From: a virus | Lineage: Duplodnaviria > Heunggongvirae > Uroviricota > Caudoviricetes | Virus record (IMG/VR): IMGVR_UViG_3300018080_000104 | Span: 67,454-131,453 of that record | DNA length: 64,000 nt | Strand: one strand, 5' to 3' | Part shown: piece after piece, positions 44,969 to 55,337 of the stretch | How positions within the stretch are numbered: position 1 is the first letter of the stretch | How the letters are laid out: every line of letters starts with the position of its first letter | The notes under the pieces: model-generated | Told to the model about the DNA's origin: nothing | Database searches by the model: none | Seen by the model: the letters and a program-made list of their open reading frames with translations, nothing else | Position numbers and translations under genes: made by a program

Positions 44969-47657
44969 TAATCGGATAATTGCAGTTGAGTTGCTTCTTT
45001 GTGGGCGTAGCGTAGCTCGGATCCTCGAATAATGCTCCGCGATCCTTACTGAGTCCCGTCTTTATATCATACAGTGTCGCATCCTGTGTATAGTAAATCT
45101 GCTTGGTCTGGAATTGTTCATACCCCGGGAATGGGAACGTATCATCGTTGCCGTCCGTAACTTTCCGTTCTGCCCACGTTTCCGGGATATTGCCTTCGAT
45201 ACGTGCCATCTGGGCCCAGCGAGTTTCGTATATTACAAATCCATTGCTGTTGTAATCATCTGTGGTCCGCAGGCTGCCCCACAGGCCCTTAAGCATAGTT
45301 TCGTTGCCGGGCCTGCCTGCGGCATACCACATAGTAGTGACATCATTATTGAACTTGGTAGTTGCCCAAGCCGTTAATGCTGCCTGGTGCGCCGTGCCCG
45401 CCGACACGTCTTGTCCGGTGCCGACATTGCCGCTGAGTATATGTGCGCCGTCGTTGGCTAATGCGCCGTCTACGTACATACTGCCGGCAATGCTAGCGCC
45501 ACTCGGCATGAATGCCGATACCGACTCTATCGTACTATCAGGGCGGAAAGCATGCACGACGCCGCATTTGACATAATGCGTTAGTGTGTGCGCCCAAACA
45601 CTCACATTTCGTGTTCCGCTAACTGCGTCGATAACAATATCGCCGTACGCCGGTGGTGTTCCGCCAGATACGCCTGTCGCCTTTTCTGATGTCACGCCGG
45701 TTCGCAAATAGATGTTGGCTGCCAGATTCACAATCTCCGAACACGGCGAATGCAAGATAATGCCGCTGTTTTGAACTTCTTGCCCACTCTCAGAAAAATC
45801 ATAGGATGTTGACGATGCTCGGCATTCAAGCAGAATGCCGTACGGACCGCCGTCGTTTGCCGAAATCATCTGAATGTTGTGCTCGGCCTTGATTCGTACG
45901 TCATTCATTGTCGCAGTGATGTCTGCCGATTGGTACGCGCGCAAAATCATATCGCGACCCGCCCAAGCCATGAAATTGCGACCAGCCTCTACGAACACGT
46001 CGCCGGCACACTGCAAAAAGATGTTACCGGCAGCCAGCCGAATTTCGCTGCCAGAACCGTCGCCGATGACGATTGCGCCGTCTTCGGTGAATGTGATGTA
46101 TTGGCTGACTTTGTACAGATAGTCCGAATAGCCGGTACGGTGGTCTACATCTATTTCAGATGTACTTTTAGGCGGTTCCGACAAGTACCACTGACTATCG
46201 TTTGTCAGCTCAGACCATTCCGGGATATACTGATTGGAGTCTATTGCGCCACTGTCGGCCAGATCCGATTCTTCGGGATAGTGGTAATCCTTTTCGTGAT
46301 AGTGGAACGGGTGCGCGCATTCCCAGTTGAATATGTTTGCATGGTAGTCATGAATGCCCGCCATCCGCGACAGTTGTTCCTGCCCAGTGTCCGCCTTTAT
46401 TTCTGGCTCTACAGTAAGCTTATGTGGCGTGCCTCCGCCATAGTTGCCGGACGTGCGATAGTCGTCAGCCGAATCGCCGTTCGTATCGGCTAGCGGCCGT
46501 ATACGTTTCGGCACGGGAATAACTGGCCGCCTGCCGATTGTAAGTCCCCGCGCCGTACGGATTGCGAGGTGCCCGGCGAGCGACCGGTTTTCCTCGATCA
46601 AACCGATGGCGTCCATATCCACCGAATACTGTTGCACGTCTGACGAAGGCAAGCTTTCTGGCGGCTGACAAACTAATCGCTTTCCGCCTTGCCCGACGTA
46701 GCCGTTCCACGTGCGCACGCGATGAAATGCCTGTACATCATCATAGAGCGGTTCAAGCCTGCCGACTTCTGTATTCGTATGCTGGCATGTTTGCGCGTCG
46801 TTTTCTGTTAGCTGACTGGTTGTCGAGCTTGGCGGCTTGAGTAAACCCCAGTTTTCCCACGGATAGGGCGCAATGCCGTGATACCAAAAATGTTCACCTT
46901 CGTCATCCATGCTTTCCAGTTCGGATCCGGACGTCCATCGCTGGAAATTCTCCCCGGCGATTCGAAGCAATGCGTCCCAGTAGAACATCCACATGCCGCA
47001 CATGTCATCGACGCGCATGTGCGCCATATAGTTGTCCATATACAGCTGCAGGCCGGTCATGGCTGTCTTGCAGAATTCGCCGATTGTCACACTATCCGCC
47101 GGCTGTCGGGCTGACCAGTCGATAATTCCGGAATTGGATCCGGACGGGCCAGTCTGCCACAGTGTCGGCCAGTACAGATCGGTATCTATACCACAGTGGC
47201 TGCCGGCATTAACGAAGTCTGATCGCGCTTTTCGTGAATCTTGCAGGTAGGGTGGCTCAACGCCGAGAATGATGCCGTAGGTTGCCGAAGGATGCACAAT
47301 GTAGAACACATTTGTGCCAACGTGCAAATTGGAATGGTCGGCAACGCTGACTGGCGAAGCAGGAAGTTCCCGCAAATAGCAGCATTGTAACACACTGCCG
47401 CCGCCCGCAGGTGCGACACGGTAACTGCCTATGTACGGCACGGCTTCTTGAATAGTGCCAAATTGTATGCTTGGAGGTCGTCCAAGATCAGCGACATATC
47501 GCTGCATCGCTTGATAGACGTCGCTAGCCAGCTTGCTAGCGCCGGTTACGACTGACCCTATTTCAGACTCGCGGGCCGTTCTCCGGGAGGCTTGCAACAG
47601 GGATTGGGTAACTTTTTGCAGATCAGTTAACGTGTTCGGCTTGCTACTACTGCCCAT
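44958..47657 (-). CDS. baseplate central spike/hub protein (gp5/VgrG-like)
   Basis: N-terminal OB-like region; C-terminal beta-helix-like strands (DGAIVIGDGSGSEIRLAAGNIFLQCAGDVFVEAG). Confidence 0.6.
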   Translation of the reverse strand: MGSSSKPNTLTDLQKVTQSLLQASRRTARESEIGSVVTGASKLASDVYQAMQRYVADLGRPPSIQFGTIQEAVPYIGSYRVAPAGGGSVLQCCYLRELPASPVSVADHSNLHVGTNVFYIVHPSATYGIILGVEPPYLQDSRKARSDFVNAGSHCGIDTDLYWPTLWQTGPSGSNSGIIDWSARQPADSVTIGEFCKTAMTGLQLYMDNYMAHMRVDDMCGMWMFYWDALLRIAGENFQRWTSGSELESMDDEGEHFWYHGIAPYPWENWGLLKPPSSTTSQLTENDAQTCQHTNTEVGRLEPLYDDVQAFHRVRTWNGYVGQGGKRLVCQPPESLPSSDVQQYSVDMDAIGLIEENRSLAGHLAIRTARGLTIGRRPVIPVPKRIRPLADTNGDSADDYRTSGNYGGGTPHKLTVEPEIKADTGQEQLSRMAGIHDYHANIFNWECAHPFHYHEKDYHYPEESDLADSGAIDSNQYIPEWSELTNDSQWYLSEPPKSTSEIDVDHRTGYSDYLYKVSQYITFTEDGAIVIGDGSGSEIRLAAGNIFLQCAGDVFVEAGRNFMAWAGRDMILRAYQSADITATMNDVRIKAEHNIQMISANDGGPYGILLECRASSTSYDFSESGQEVQNSGIILHSPCSEIVNLAANIYLRTGVTSEKATGVSGGTPPAYGDIVIDAVSGTRNVSVWAHTLTHYVKCGVVHAFRPDSTIESVSAFMPSGASIAGSMYVDGALANDGAHILSGNVGTGQDVSAGTAHQAALTAWATTKFNNDVTTMWYAAGRPGNETMLKGLWGSLRTTDDYNSNGFVIYETRWAQMARIEGNIPETWAERKVTDGNDDTFPFPGYEQFQTKQIYYTQDATLYDIKTGLSKDRGALFEDPSYATPTKKQLNCNYPIIGP

Positions 47658-47722
47658 GCCTATATCCTGGTTGTGGGCATAATTGCCCTAGATCGGTGTG
47701 CCGATCCAATACCTAAAAAACA

Positions 47723-48181
47723 TTAGGCAAACTGCATGAACAAAAACATCATCGCCATCGTTTCGTGGATTACCATGTCCTGGGCAGACACAGCACCGGC
47801 TAGCTGCGTAATTACAGCATGCCGAATATCGATAGTTTGCGTTGCTGCCTCTGCTCCGCCGCAGCCTGTAGTCATTGTAAACGACAAGTTATTTTGCCCG
47901 GCGCCGCATACGTTGCCGTATTGCTCGTAGAACGCCGTTGCAATTGCCAGAGGGCCCATAACCCGCTGCATGGTTACCGATCCCTGCGTACGTCCGGCGA
48001 CAAGGTAGATATCCGGACTACCAACTTCGTACAGCCTGGTAATATTCTGCTGGTATGTCCAGTTCAGCGACTGAATCAGGAAACCGGCTCCGTAACCGGC
48101 AAACTGTACGCTTGCTCCGTCGGACGAAAACGAGCCGCCGTAGCTGACCTCTCTCGAAAAAATGTCGGTAGCCATGGTCAA
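47723..48181 (-). CDS. tail tube protein
   Basis: 152 aa, directly after the sheath; YQQNITRLYEVGS..YLVAGRTQGSVTMQR. Confidence 0.8.
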   Translation of the reverse strand: MTMATDIFSREVSYGGSFSSDGASVQFAGYGAGFLIQSLNWTYQQNITRLYEVGSPDIYLVAGRTQGSVTMQRVMGPLAIATAFYEQYGNVCGAGQNNLSFTMTTGCGGAEAATQTIDIRHAVITQLAGAVSAQDMVIHETMAMMFLFMQFA

Positions 48182-48260
48182 TCGACCTCCATGTACGCGA
48201 GTTGCCGACCTCGCGCGGTTAAATTCACACCAACTTCATGTTGGTTGGCACCTGGATTGA

Positions 48261-51080
48261 CTAAATTATGATGGTCTGATATAGCTCCGCATTGTTGAGT
48301 GGCGCCGGCACAGTGAGTGTCGTATTGATCACTATGCGGTCACTAGAAACCGCGTGCCGCCGCACTTCCGTTACAGTTCCATCGATTATTTGCCCGCCAA
48401 TGCGGGCGATGCGTACTTCTTTGAAGTAAGCAATCTGACCCTCTACCTGCAGCCGGATTTGCTCAAGGGCAGTATCCACGACATTGGACACGCCGAAATA
48501 TGGCTCCAGGACGTTTCGCATCCCAAACGAAATAGAATCAACGTTGGAAATGTACATTTCCTCTTGTGTAGTCAAATCGCCATAGCCAACGGAAGTAATG
48601 GCATGCCTGGTAATGATATCGCCGTCTTCCAGCTCAGTGACAATCCAAACACCGTCGTTGGCCATTTCGTTCAGTTCCGTGCGATTGAACTTATCATCCG
48701 TTCGCGGAACTGCCGTTACGCCAGTGAGTTCCAGGTTCGTCATGCCCTGGTTGGGTGCAATTCCAGACCGCAATCCGGCCAAAATGCAGCACAAGAACCA
48801 GCCGTCTTGGCCGGTATACGTCGCGTCGTTAAAGGTGTCAGGCCATACGCAACGGACGCGGGCATTATTGTAATCTTGTGCAGCTTCACCGAGCGCGTCC
48901 GCCAGCTCTGCGTCGGTCCGCACTCGCCAGACTTCCATTTTCTTGGGCACTAGTTGCTGCGACGTTCCCTGGCCCGTTCGCAATTTCAACGTATCCTGGT
49001 TGATGACCGAGTCGATGACATATTCATCGTAGCTGTCGTTGCCCCAGCCATCCGTAGTGTAGTTGTAGCGCATGATATCGCCGGCTTGTACGCCCAGCGT
49101 TTCAAATATGGCATTGCCAGCCGGAATGGATACGATAGTCCACTGATCGCCTACGACAGACGGGTCGTCATCGATCGTCGCCAACAGCCTGCTGCCGTCC
49201 TCGCTGTTGGCTCTGTTGGCAATCACGACGGTTGTGGCTTCGTACAGCGATACCCACAATACGCGGAATTTCGCGATAGCATCGGCCGATTGCGTATTTA
49301 CGTGCGTCACAAACAGTGCCAGCACATCGTCGTCGCGTGTCAACGGTACGAGGCCATATAGGGCACTGTTGTTGTCGATCTTGTTGATGGCGGCTGTCCA
49401 CTCATCCGTATCCGACGGGTCGCAAACAGCGACGTACTTGACGGCAGTGCCGTTGGAGTTGAGCAGCGCTTTGTACACGCCCCATTTCAATGGGTTGTCC
49501 GGATGCAATTCGCCCGGAATGTCGTCGAGATCGTCTTCGTCGGCAGCGGAATAGAGCGCATCGCCTACTGTACAGATCCATGCGCGGTATTCGGCATACA
49601 GCGTTGCTTCGACCATGGGTAGTGCCTGCAAAACGCCAGCGTCGGTCCATGTCGTATCGTAGGCCGTGATCCCGGCCTTGACGACAAATGTCGTATCAGT
49701 GGCGCCAGGCGTACCTAGTTCATAGTTTACATCGGGCGGCGAGCCCGTACGCTCTTCGGGAATCTCGATGCCGTTTTTGGCGACGTACAATTTCAGTTCC
49801 AAGTCGGCCGCTGTCAGCAATCCCGTCGGCAGATTGTGCAACAGCTCGATCGTCTGCATCGCACCTTCGCCTGCCGCCTCTACGGCGATGTAATAAATAT
49901 CGCCAGCACATAACCTGTCTACGCCGGCGCCGCTGAACGTAACAGTGACCCCTTTGGTCCCGACATTGAACGCCGCGCCGAGGCCGGTCACATTGGTCGG
50001 ACCGCTCAGATCGATACCGGTCGTTGTCGTGATTGTGATTTGTGGCTTATTTGTAGCAGTAAACGCGCCGCCGCGGGTCACAGTGATGATGTATGTCGTA
50101 TCGTCGTCGCCCGTATACGTGCCGCCGGATGTTACGGCCGGCACTACGAAGTCCTGGGAGCAATTGCAAGTCCAGACTTGCCCTTCGACAAAGTCATTTA
50201 CTGCGACAGATTCTGCTGACGCCGAAATCGAGCAGCTGCTACTGGAATCGAGCCCGAAAGTCACCGTCAAGCCTCTTGTGCCGATTGCAGTAGCCACTCC
50301 GACAGCCGATGGCGTCACGTCGTCGGCATCGTCGTTGCCACTGGTAGATCGCACACGAAGTCTGGCAGTGGTAAAATCACCGCCAACAGAAGCCTGCGTA
50401 ACCGTGATCGTGTAAGTCTCTTCGACATCGCCTTCGACTGACCCGTCATACAGTGTGGCGTCACAGGTAGCGTCTACGCAATTTTCATCGCCCGCTGTCA
50501 GCGCGATTGTGCAACCGACTGTTTGCGCTGTCGCATTATTCGTGTCGGCTGTCGCAGCACCGGTGACGGCGGCAACTGGTTCTCCGTGGAAATCCTTAAT
50601 GCTCGATCGCAAAGAATACTCGGTTCCGAGCACTGTACCGCGAACATCTACGATGTCGCCGACTTCGCAATCACGATCAAGGAGTGAAGCGTGCCGCGGA
50701 TAGCTCACACCTTTGAATGTATTGGCAATGTATGCGACAGTGTCAGATCTGATACGGCTCGGGTATCCTGCGACCGGAGCAACGATGCCGTACCCGCCGC
50801 CGGCTTCGTCGAGATGATACCGCAACAGCACACTGTCAGCATACAACTTGAAATAGTCTTGATCCACAATGCCGCCAGCTGGCCGATTGGGGTAGCTATA
50901 AGTAGTATCAAGACTGTAGTCGTACGCTCCAAGCGATATCAATGCTTTTTCGCTGGCTACCGAATACCTGAATAATGTGGCATTGCCGCCGATTATGCAG
51001 GCCCTGAGCGGATCGACAATAGTCGATGGCAGCAAATCTGCTTCCTGAAAGACTTGCACCTGCGGTTGTAGGTAGCTCAT
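48261..51080 (-). CDS. tail sheath protein with inserted beta domains
   Basis: YLQPQVQVFQE start; C-terminal ELNEMANDGVWIV, I.RHAITS, SNVDSISF, PLNNAEL. Confidence 0.85.
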   Translation of the reverse strand: MSYLQPQVQVFQEADLLPSTIVDPLRACIIGGNATLFRYSVASEKALISLGAYDYSLDTTYSYPNRPAGGIVDQDYFKLYADSVLLRYHLDEAGGGYGIVAPVAGYPSRIRSDTVAYIANTFKGVSYPRHASLLDRDCEVGDIVDVRGTVLGTEYSLRSSIKDFHGEPVAAVTGAATADTNNATAQTVGCTIALTAGDENCVDATCDATLYDGSVEGDVEETYTITVTQASVGGDFTTARLRVRSTSGNDDADDVTPSAVGVATAIGTRGLTVTFGLDSSSSCSISASAESVAVNDFVEGQVWTCNCSQDFVVPAVTSGGTYTGDDDTTYIITVTRGGAFTATNKPQITITTTTGIDLSGPTNVTGLGAAFNVGTKGVTVTFSGAGVDRLCAGDIYYIAVEAAGEGAMQTIELLHNLPTGLLTAADLELKLYVAKNGIEIPEERTGSPPDVNYELGTPGATDTTFVVKAGITAYDTTWTDAGVLQALPMVEATLYAEYRAWICTVGDALYSAADEDDLDDIPGELHPDNPLKWGVYKALLNSNGTAVKYVAVCDPSDTDEWTAAINKIDNNSALYGLVPLTRDDDVLALFVTHVNTQSADAIAKFRVLWVSLYEATTVVIANRANSEDGSRLLATIDDDPSVVGDQWTIVSIPAGNAIFETLGVQAGDIMRYNYTTDGWGNDSYDEYVIDSVINQDTLKLRTGQGTSQQLVPKKMEVWRVRTDAELADALGEAAQDYNNARVRCVWPDTFNDATYTGQDGWFLCCILAGLRSGIAPNQGMTNLELTGVTAVPRTDDKFNRTELNEMANDGVWIVTELEDGDIITRHAITSVGYGDLTTQEEMYISNVDSISFGMRNVLEPYFGVSNVVDTALEQIRLQVEGQIAYFKEVRIARIGGQIIDGTVTEVRRHAVSSDRIVINTTLTVPAPLNNAELYQTIII

Positions 51081-51112
51081 CTTCGCCCTCCGTGGCACTA
51101 ATAGTTATGGGC

Positions 51113-51748
51113 TTAATATATGCCAAATATGTCGGATACCGACATATTCGCAATTACGGGCGCGTCGGGTTTGAGTGTCCATTCGTCGGCCCACCCGTAT
51201 CCAATCGTAATCGGGACGCCCCAATGCTGATCCCATTCTTCGATCAGTGCTGGAGCGCCTACGTTTACCAGTTCGAACATCATCAATCCAAAGTACTCTC
51301 TGAATTTTGGCCCAAAGTGGTTGAAGTATCGGTATACTTCGGCTGCCAGTATTTTAGCCTCTCCGCCCTCGGCGGCTATAGCAAAAAGCGTGTGGCTGCC
51401 TCGCCAATACTTGGTATATTTCTTGAACCCTTCTGTAGTTGTTCCGCTGATATTGTCGAAGGTGCCTCTCTTGATGCACTGCCAGTCGTTTTGTTTGATG
51501 ATAATAGCAAGACGTCGCTGCGCCTGTTGTGGCGTCCAAACAGTGAATTCTTCAATCAAGATGTTGTTGGTTGCCGGTACGTCGGTAAACAGCCGCGATG
51601 TCAACGGCGTATGTTCGACGTTCGTTGCGACCGAAAAATGCTGTTTGAGTAGCTCCCGGATAATCCCGTCCATGATCAACGGCCGCGGGCCGTATGAACA
51701 GAATTTCGAAAACCACGTTGTCAGATCTGTTGTACCTGGGTTCGCCAC
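51113..51748 (-). CDS. tail completion/terminator-like protein
   Basis: Position between the neck and sheath genes. Confidence 0.55.
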   Translation of the reverse strand: MANPGTTDLTTWFSKFCSYGPRPLIMDGIIRELLKQHFSVATNVEHTPLTSRLFTDVPATNNILIEEFTVWTPQQAQRRLAIIIKQNDWQCIKRGTFDNISGTTTEGFKKYTKYWRGSHTLFAIAAEGGEAKILAAEVYRYFNHFGPKFREYFGLMMFELVNVGAPALIEEWDQHWGVPITIGYGWADEWTLKPDAPVIANMSVSDIFGIY

Positions 51749-51749
51749 A

Positions 51750-51953
51750 CTATTGCCGCCTATCGTTAAACATCAACCTGTCCATGTACTTCTCCAGTTT
51801 CGCGTCCGGCGCCCAGTCCCGAATGCTAATCGTTGCAGCGAATGGGTGGCCCTTTGCTGCCCGGCCGGTCGCCGTTTCAACAGGCGCCAGCCCGGGCGGA
51901 ATCCGTCGCGGCAGTCTGGGTTCAAGCTCGTCGTTGTCGTCAATGTACGGCAT
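51750..51953 (-). CDS. small hypothetical protein
   Basis: ORF in the operon. Confidence 0.5.
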   Translation of the reverse strand: MPYIDDNDELEPRLPRRIPPGLAPVETATGRAAKGHPFAATISIRDWAPDAKLEKYMDRLMFNDRRQ

Positions 51954-51980
51954 GTTCTGTGCTACTTGCGGGTGGGCAAT

Positions 51981-52796
51981 CTAGCTTCCGTTTATGCCCA
52001 CATTGTAGACCGGATCATCTAATTGGGCTAGACGGAGTTCGATTTCTGCTACCACGGGAACCATGCTGATTTCGGCTAAATGCCGCACGTTTTGTACGAT
52101 ATACCGCCTGTCCGAATTGCCGTCTATCCACACATCGCGAGCGTGCCACAACGGGATTGCGATAGCTTTTGCGGACGCGACAAGCTCATTAACGGTCCCT
52201 CTTTGCTGCTCCCTCTTGCTGCGGCGCATTTCGGGCGAGAAGTCGTACAGCATGTTATCGGCAGCTTGCCAATATCCCGCAACTACGCCCGTGCCATGGC
52301 ACGTAGCACAGTCTGATTTGATAATACCACCCGTATAGGGGTCTACGCAGGACGAGCACGGTGTTCCGTGAATCTTCCGTTTCATCAGATAGCCCGGATA
52401 TATTTCCAGGCCGGTCGGCTGCAGCAGATACCGCCGGATAATGGCCCTGGCTTGCAGCCATTGCCGCGTAGACAGCTTTCCCAGGACTTCGGCCGAGTCA
52501 GACGTGTAGGTGCCACACGGCGTGGTCATAACTACACGATACGCTATCCGCAGAACGCGTCCGAATTGACGGGGAGTGTCATCGATGGCATAGCAATTAT
52601 TCGTACCGAGTAGTCCAACATTTTGCCAGTCGCCAGGCTCTGCCCAGTTGCGGTTTACTTGCAGCTGGAACCTATGCGGCAACGGATCGTGGAAAGTCGA
52701 TTTCAAGGCCCATTCGATCCGGGACTCTCCTTTAACGGAGTAGTCTACTTCGACGCGGCTGAATGCGCCGTCGGATTCGTCGTGTATGCGCGGCAT
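51981..52796 (-). CDS. neck/head-closure-like protein
   Basis: Likely start MPRIHD; CSSC...CATCHGTG...GY motif. Confidence 0.6.
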   Translation of the reverse strand: MPRIHDESDGAFSRVEVDYSVKGESRIEWALKSTFHDPLPHRFQLQVNRNWAEPGDWQNVGLLGTNNCYAIDDTPRQFGRVLRIAYRVVMTTPCGTYTSDSAEVLGKLSTRQWLQARAIIRRYLLQPTGLEIYPGYLMKRKIHGTPCSSCVDPYTGGIIKSDCATCHGTGVVAGYWQAADNMLYDFSPEMRRSKREQQRGTVNELVASAKAIAIPLWHARDVWIDGNSDRRYIVQNVRHLAEISMVPVVAEIELRLAQLDDPVYNVGINGS

Positions 52797-52819
52797 GTTT
52801 CCCGTACACCTTGTTGGCC

Positions 52820-53809
52820 TCAGTATCCAATATACCGATTGGAATATCCTGAACTTAACGATGCCCAGGATCCCGATAGGTTTATTTGGGCCTTCCGGTG
52901 CATCACAAGTTCCTTGAATCTGGAAAATCGTTCTTTCCATGCAGCGTTATACTGCTGGTACTTATTCTTGTCGTCGGTCACGACGCCGCCGGCATTGACC
53001 TGGAAGAAATTGCGCCTGTAGTACTCTTCCGCCAGTTCGAACAGAAAGAGTTGTGCGCCTTCCAGCCAAATTTCCCGAAACGGGAAGTTCTTGGTAGAGT
53101 ATACAGCTCGCGCAATGTGCGGCGGCTGATCGTTCCAGAACTGGACAGCCCGTGTAACGGCAAAAGCAATTTCGCCGTCATCGAAATCGTATTCGGCGAT
53201 CAGTTCGTTCAACACAGGATCACTGTCGCGAAGACTCAATCGTACATCGGCTATCAGCGGCGGCCCTGCTTGCGTTTCTCCGGTAGTGTACCAGGCACTG
53301 TGCTCGACATAGACATAGCAATCGTCCATGAACAATGGCCGATTTGCAATATCCAAGATGGCAAACTGAGCAAAATACACGCCCGTCTTGTCGACAATTT
53401 GCGGGGGGATAATCGATTTGACAATGCCGGTAGCTGCGTCATAAATCGTCGGCTGTGTCTGGTAGCGGCTTCGATCTACTAGCGCAGCTTCCCGCCATCG
53501 TGCTTTAATGCCGCCAGCACACGCACCGCTAGAACTCGAACTGCTGCTGGTCGGCGAATCGGGATCGTTGTTGCAAAGATGGTAGTCCGTCAAATCGACG
53601 TTCTGTCCGCTCTCGTCGCGAATAGCCATTTGCAAGTATGCATGCGTACCCTGATCGACAACTACAGCGCGTTTTTGGCGCCATAGTTTTTCCCCGTATT
53701 GGGTATCGATTTCGGGCGTACGGACATTCAGGCGTCCGTCAAGGCCGCCGCTACCGTCGCCAGGGCCGGCTTCCGTCGGCCCGTTGCCGCCAGGATTGCA
53801 GAGAGCCAT
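52820..53809 (-). CDS. head-tail adaptor-like protein with an N-terminal Ig-like domain
   Basis: DVRLSLRD..NEL..EFDD.EI..AV..WN..PP pattern; Ser tract. Confidence 0.6.
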   Translation of the reverse strand: MALCNPGGNGPTEAGPGDGSGGLDGRLNVRTPEIDTQYGEKLWRQKRAVVVDQGTHAYLQMAIRDESGQNVDLTDYHLCNNDPDSPTSSSSSSSGACAGGIKARWREAALVDRSRYQTQPTIYDAATGIVKSIIPPQIVDKTGVYFAQFAILDIANRPLFMDDCYVYVEHSAWYTTGETQAGPPLIADVRLSLRDSDPVLNELIAEYDFDDGEIAFAVTRAVQFWNDQPPHIARAVYSTKNFPFREIWLEGAQLFLFELAEEYYRRNFFQVNAGGVVTDDKNKYQQYNAAWKERFSRFKELVMHRKAQINLSGSWASLSSGYSNRYIGY

Positions 53810-53820
53810 TAGTCAGTCCT

Positions 53821-54000
53821 TTAACTACTGGCACCGCCACCTGTCCCGAGGCCAGACGCTAATGCGTCACTGGAATAATAATCCCATTCACCAGCTTCCG
53901 GCCCTTCTGGACTGCATGCCAAAGGCAGCGTATCCAGCTGGCCAAAAGTCATGAGATCCAGCTGCTTCATCGTCAGTTCATCGAGACAGATGTCGGCCAT
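53821..54000 (-). CDS. small hypothetical protein, 59 aa (MADICLDEL...)
   Basis: Translated by hand; fills the gap between neighbouring genes. Confidence 0.45.
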   Translation of the reverse strand: MADICLDELTMKQLDLMTFGQLDTLPLACSPEGPEAGEWDYYSSDALASGLGTGGGASS

Positions 54001-54003
54001 GCT

Positions 54004-54450
54004 TTACTTCTTTCCAAGAGCGGTTTCAACCGTAGCCAGTTCTTCGACCAGCGCAGCTTTTGCAGCCTGCAGCGCCGAATCGTCGGCGCCCTCGTTCAAC
54101 GCTGCAATTTCGTGATCGATGGTGTCGATCTCGACCTTGATTTGCTGTCGGCTGGCCAGCTTAGCAAGAGCGCTTCCGATCCCGTCCAGTAAAGCCTGCA
54201 GCGCCGGCAGTTCGACGGCTGCTGCTTCCAGATCGTCGAAATGCAACTTGACAATCCCGACACCTTGCGGTCCCAGTGTTTTGGTTGCAAAGTTGTACGG
54301 TCGCAATCGAATGCTGGCCGTTTTTTTCATGTTCGATGGATTGGTGAAAACCAGCAGTTGCATCAGGGCAAAATCAGGAAAAGTCGAGGCCTCGCCAGCG
54401 TCGACGACTACGGGCTTTCTGGCATCTACTTGTGGCATTGCCATATCCAA
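54004..54450 (-). CDS. hypothetical protein
   Basis: AAGGAG ribosome-binding site. Confidence 0.6.
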   Translation of the reverse strand: MDMAMPQVDARKPVVVDAGEASTFPDFALMQLLVFTNPSNMKKTASIRLRPYNFATKTLGPQGVGIVKLHFDDLEAAAVELPALQALLDGIGSALAKLASRQQIKVEIDTIDHEIAALNEGADDSALQAAKAALVEELATVETALGKK

Positions 54451-54456
54451 AACTCC

Positions 54457-55263
54457 TTAAAAAGTTTGCCAAAATTTACTATCCGTTGCATATCGTTCGG
54501 CCACTTTGCCGAGTATGGTCGGATACGACGGCGGTTGTGGGGCCACTTTCGGACGAATGTCGTGTAAGCCGGCTCCAAAACCGTGAACGCGATCGTCTTC
54601 CCACGTGACCTGTTCGACATTATCGAAATTGTGCTCAAAGCCGGGTTCTTCGATAAAGTCGTAGATAGCCTGCATCGTTTCTTTGGGGAAACAAGTCAGC
54701 TGCTCATATTCTACAAAATGCAGGCAATCTCGGAAACCTCGCTGTACAGCGTCCTGAATTCGGTTGAACGCCAGTCCGATTGGGTTGTCCTTTCTGACCC
54801 AGACATCGCAGCGGCCGGCCACAGTCTGGAAATCGAAGTAGTTTGCGGCATCCATGGCCACACGGTTGGTTGCAATTGTGCTGCGGTAGAGCTTTTCGAA
54901 GCTGGCGATCACGTCCCGCAGATCGCGAACCGGGACCAGAATTTTTGGATTCCTGTCGAGCAGCGCCTGTATAAGTTCAATATAGGCAACCCAGCCGCGG
55001 CCTTTATCGAAAACAATCGGTTTTTCGATATCGGCATGATAGGCTTGTAGCGTTGCCCGCATGCAGCGAAGTTTGGCTTCTGGTTCGGGGTGGGCCTGGT
55101 GCTCGATCAGCGTATCCCAATGGTTCCGCATATTCCAGACGATGTCGAGACAGCCGCTGGTGTTGGTAGCATGAATGCGGGGATTCTGGCATAGAATGTT
55201 ACACAGCAGAGTAGAACCTGCCCGGGGCAAACCGCTAACGAAATGTAGTGTGTGTTCGGTCAT
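54457..55263 (-). CDS. PAPS-dependent sulfotransferase family protein
   Basis: 5'-PSB loop SGLPRAGSTLL, 3'-PB VRDLRDVIASF, VEYEQL..P...M..IYDFI. Confidence 0.85.
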   Translation of the reverse strand: MTEHTLHFVSGLPRAGSTLLCNILCQNPRIHATNTSGCLDIVWNMRNHWDTLIEHQAHPEPEAKLRCMRATLQAYHADIEKPIVFDKGRGWVAYIELIQALLDRNPKILVPVRDLRDVIASFEKLYRSTIATNRVAMDAANYFDFQTVAGRCDVWVRKDNPIGLAFNRIQDAVQRGFRDCLHFVEYEQLTCFPKETMQAIYDFIEEPGFEHNFDNVEQVTWEDDRVHGFGAGLHDIRPKVAPQPPSYPTILGKVAERYATDSKFWQTF

Positions 55264-55337
55264 AACTGTCAAATCCATCGGGTAAAGGTAAAATTGCGAC
55301 GATTTGGATTATATCGCAACAAATCGTGTAATGCAAA

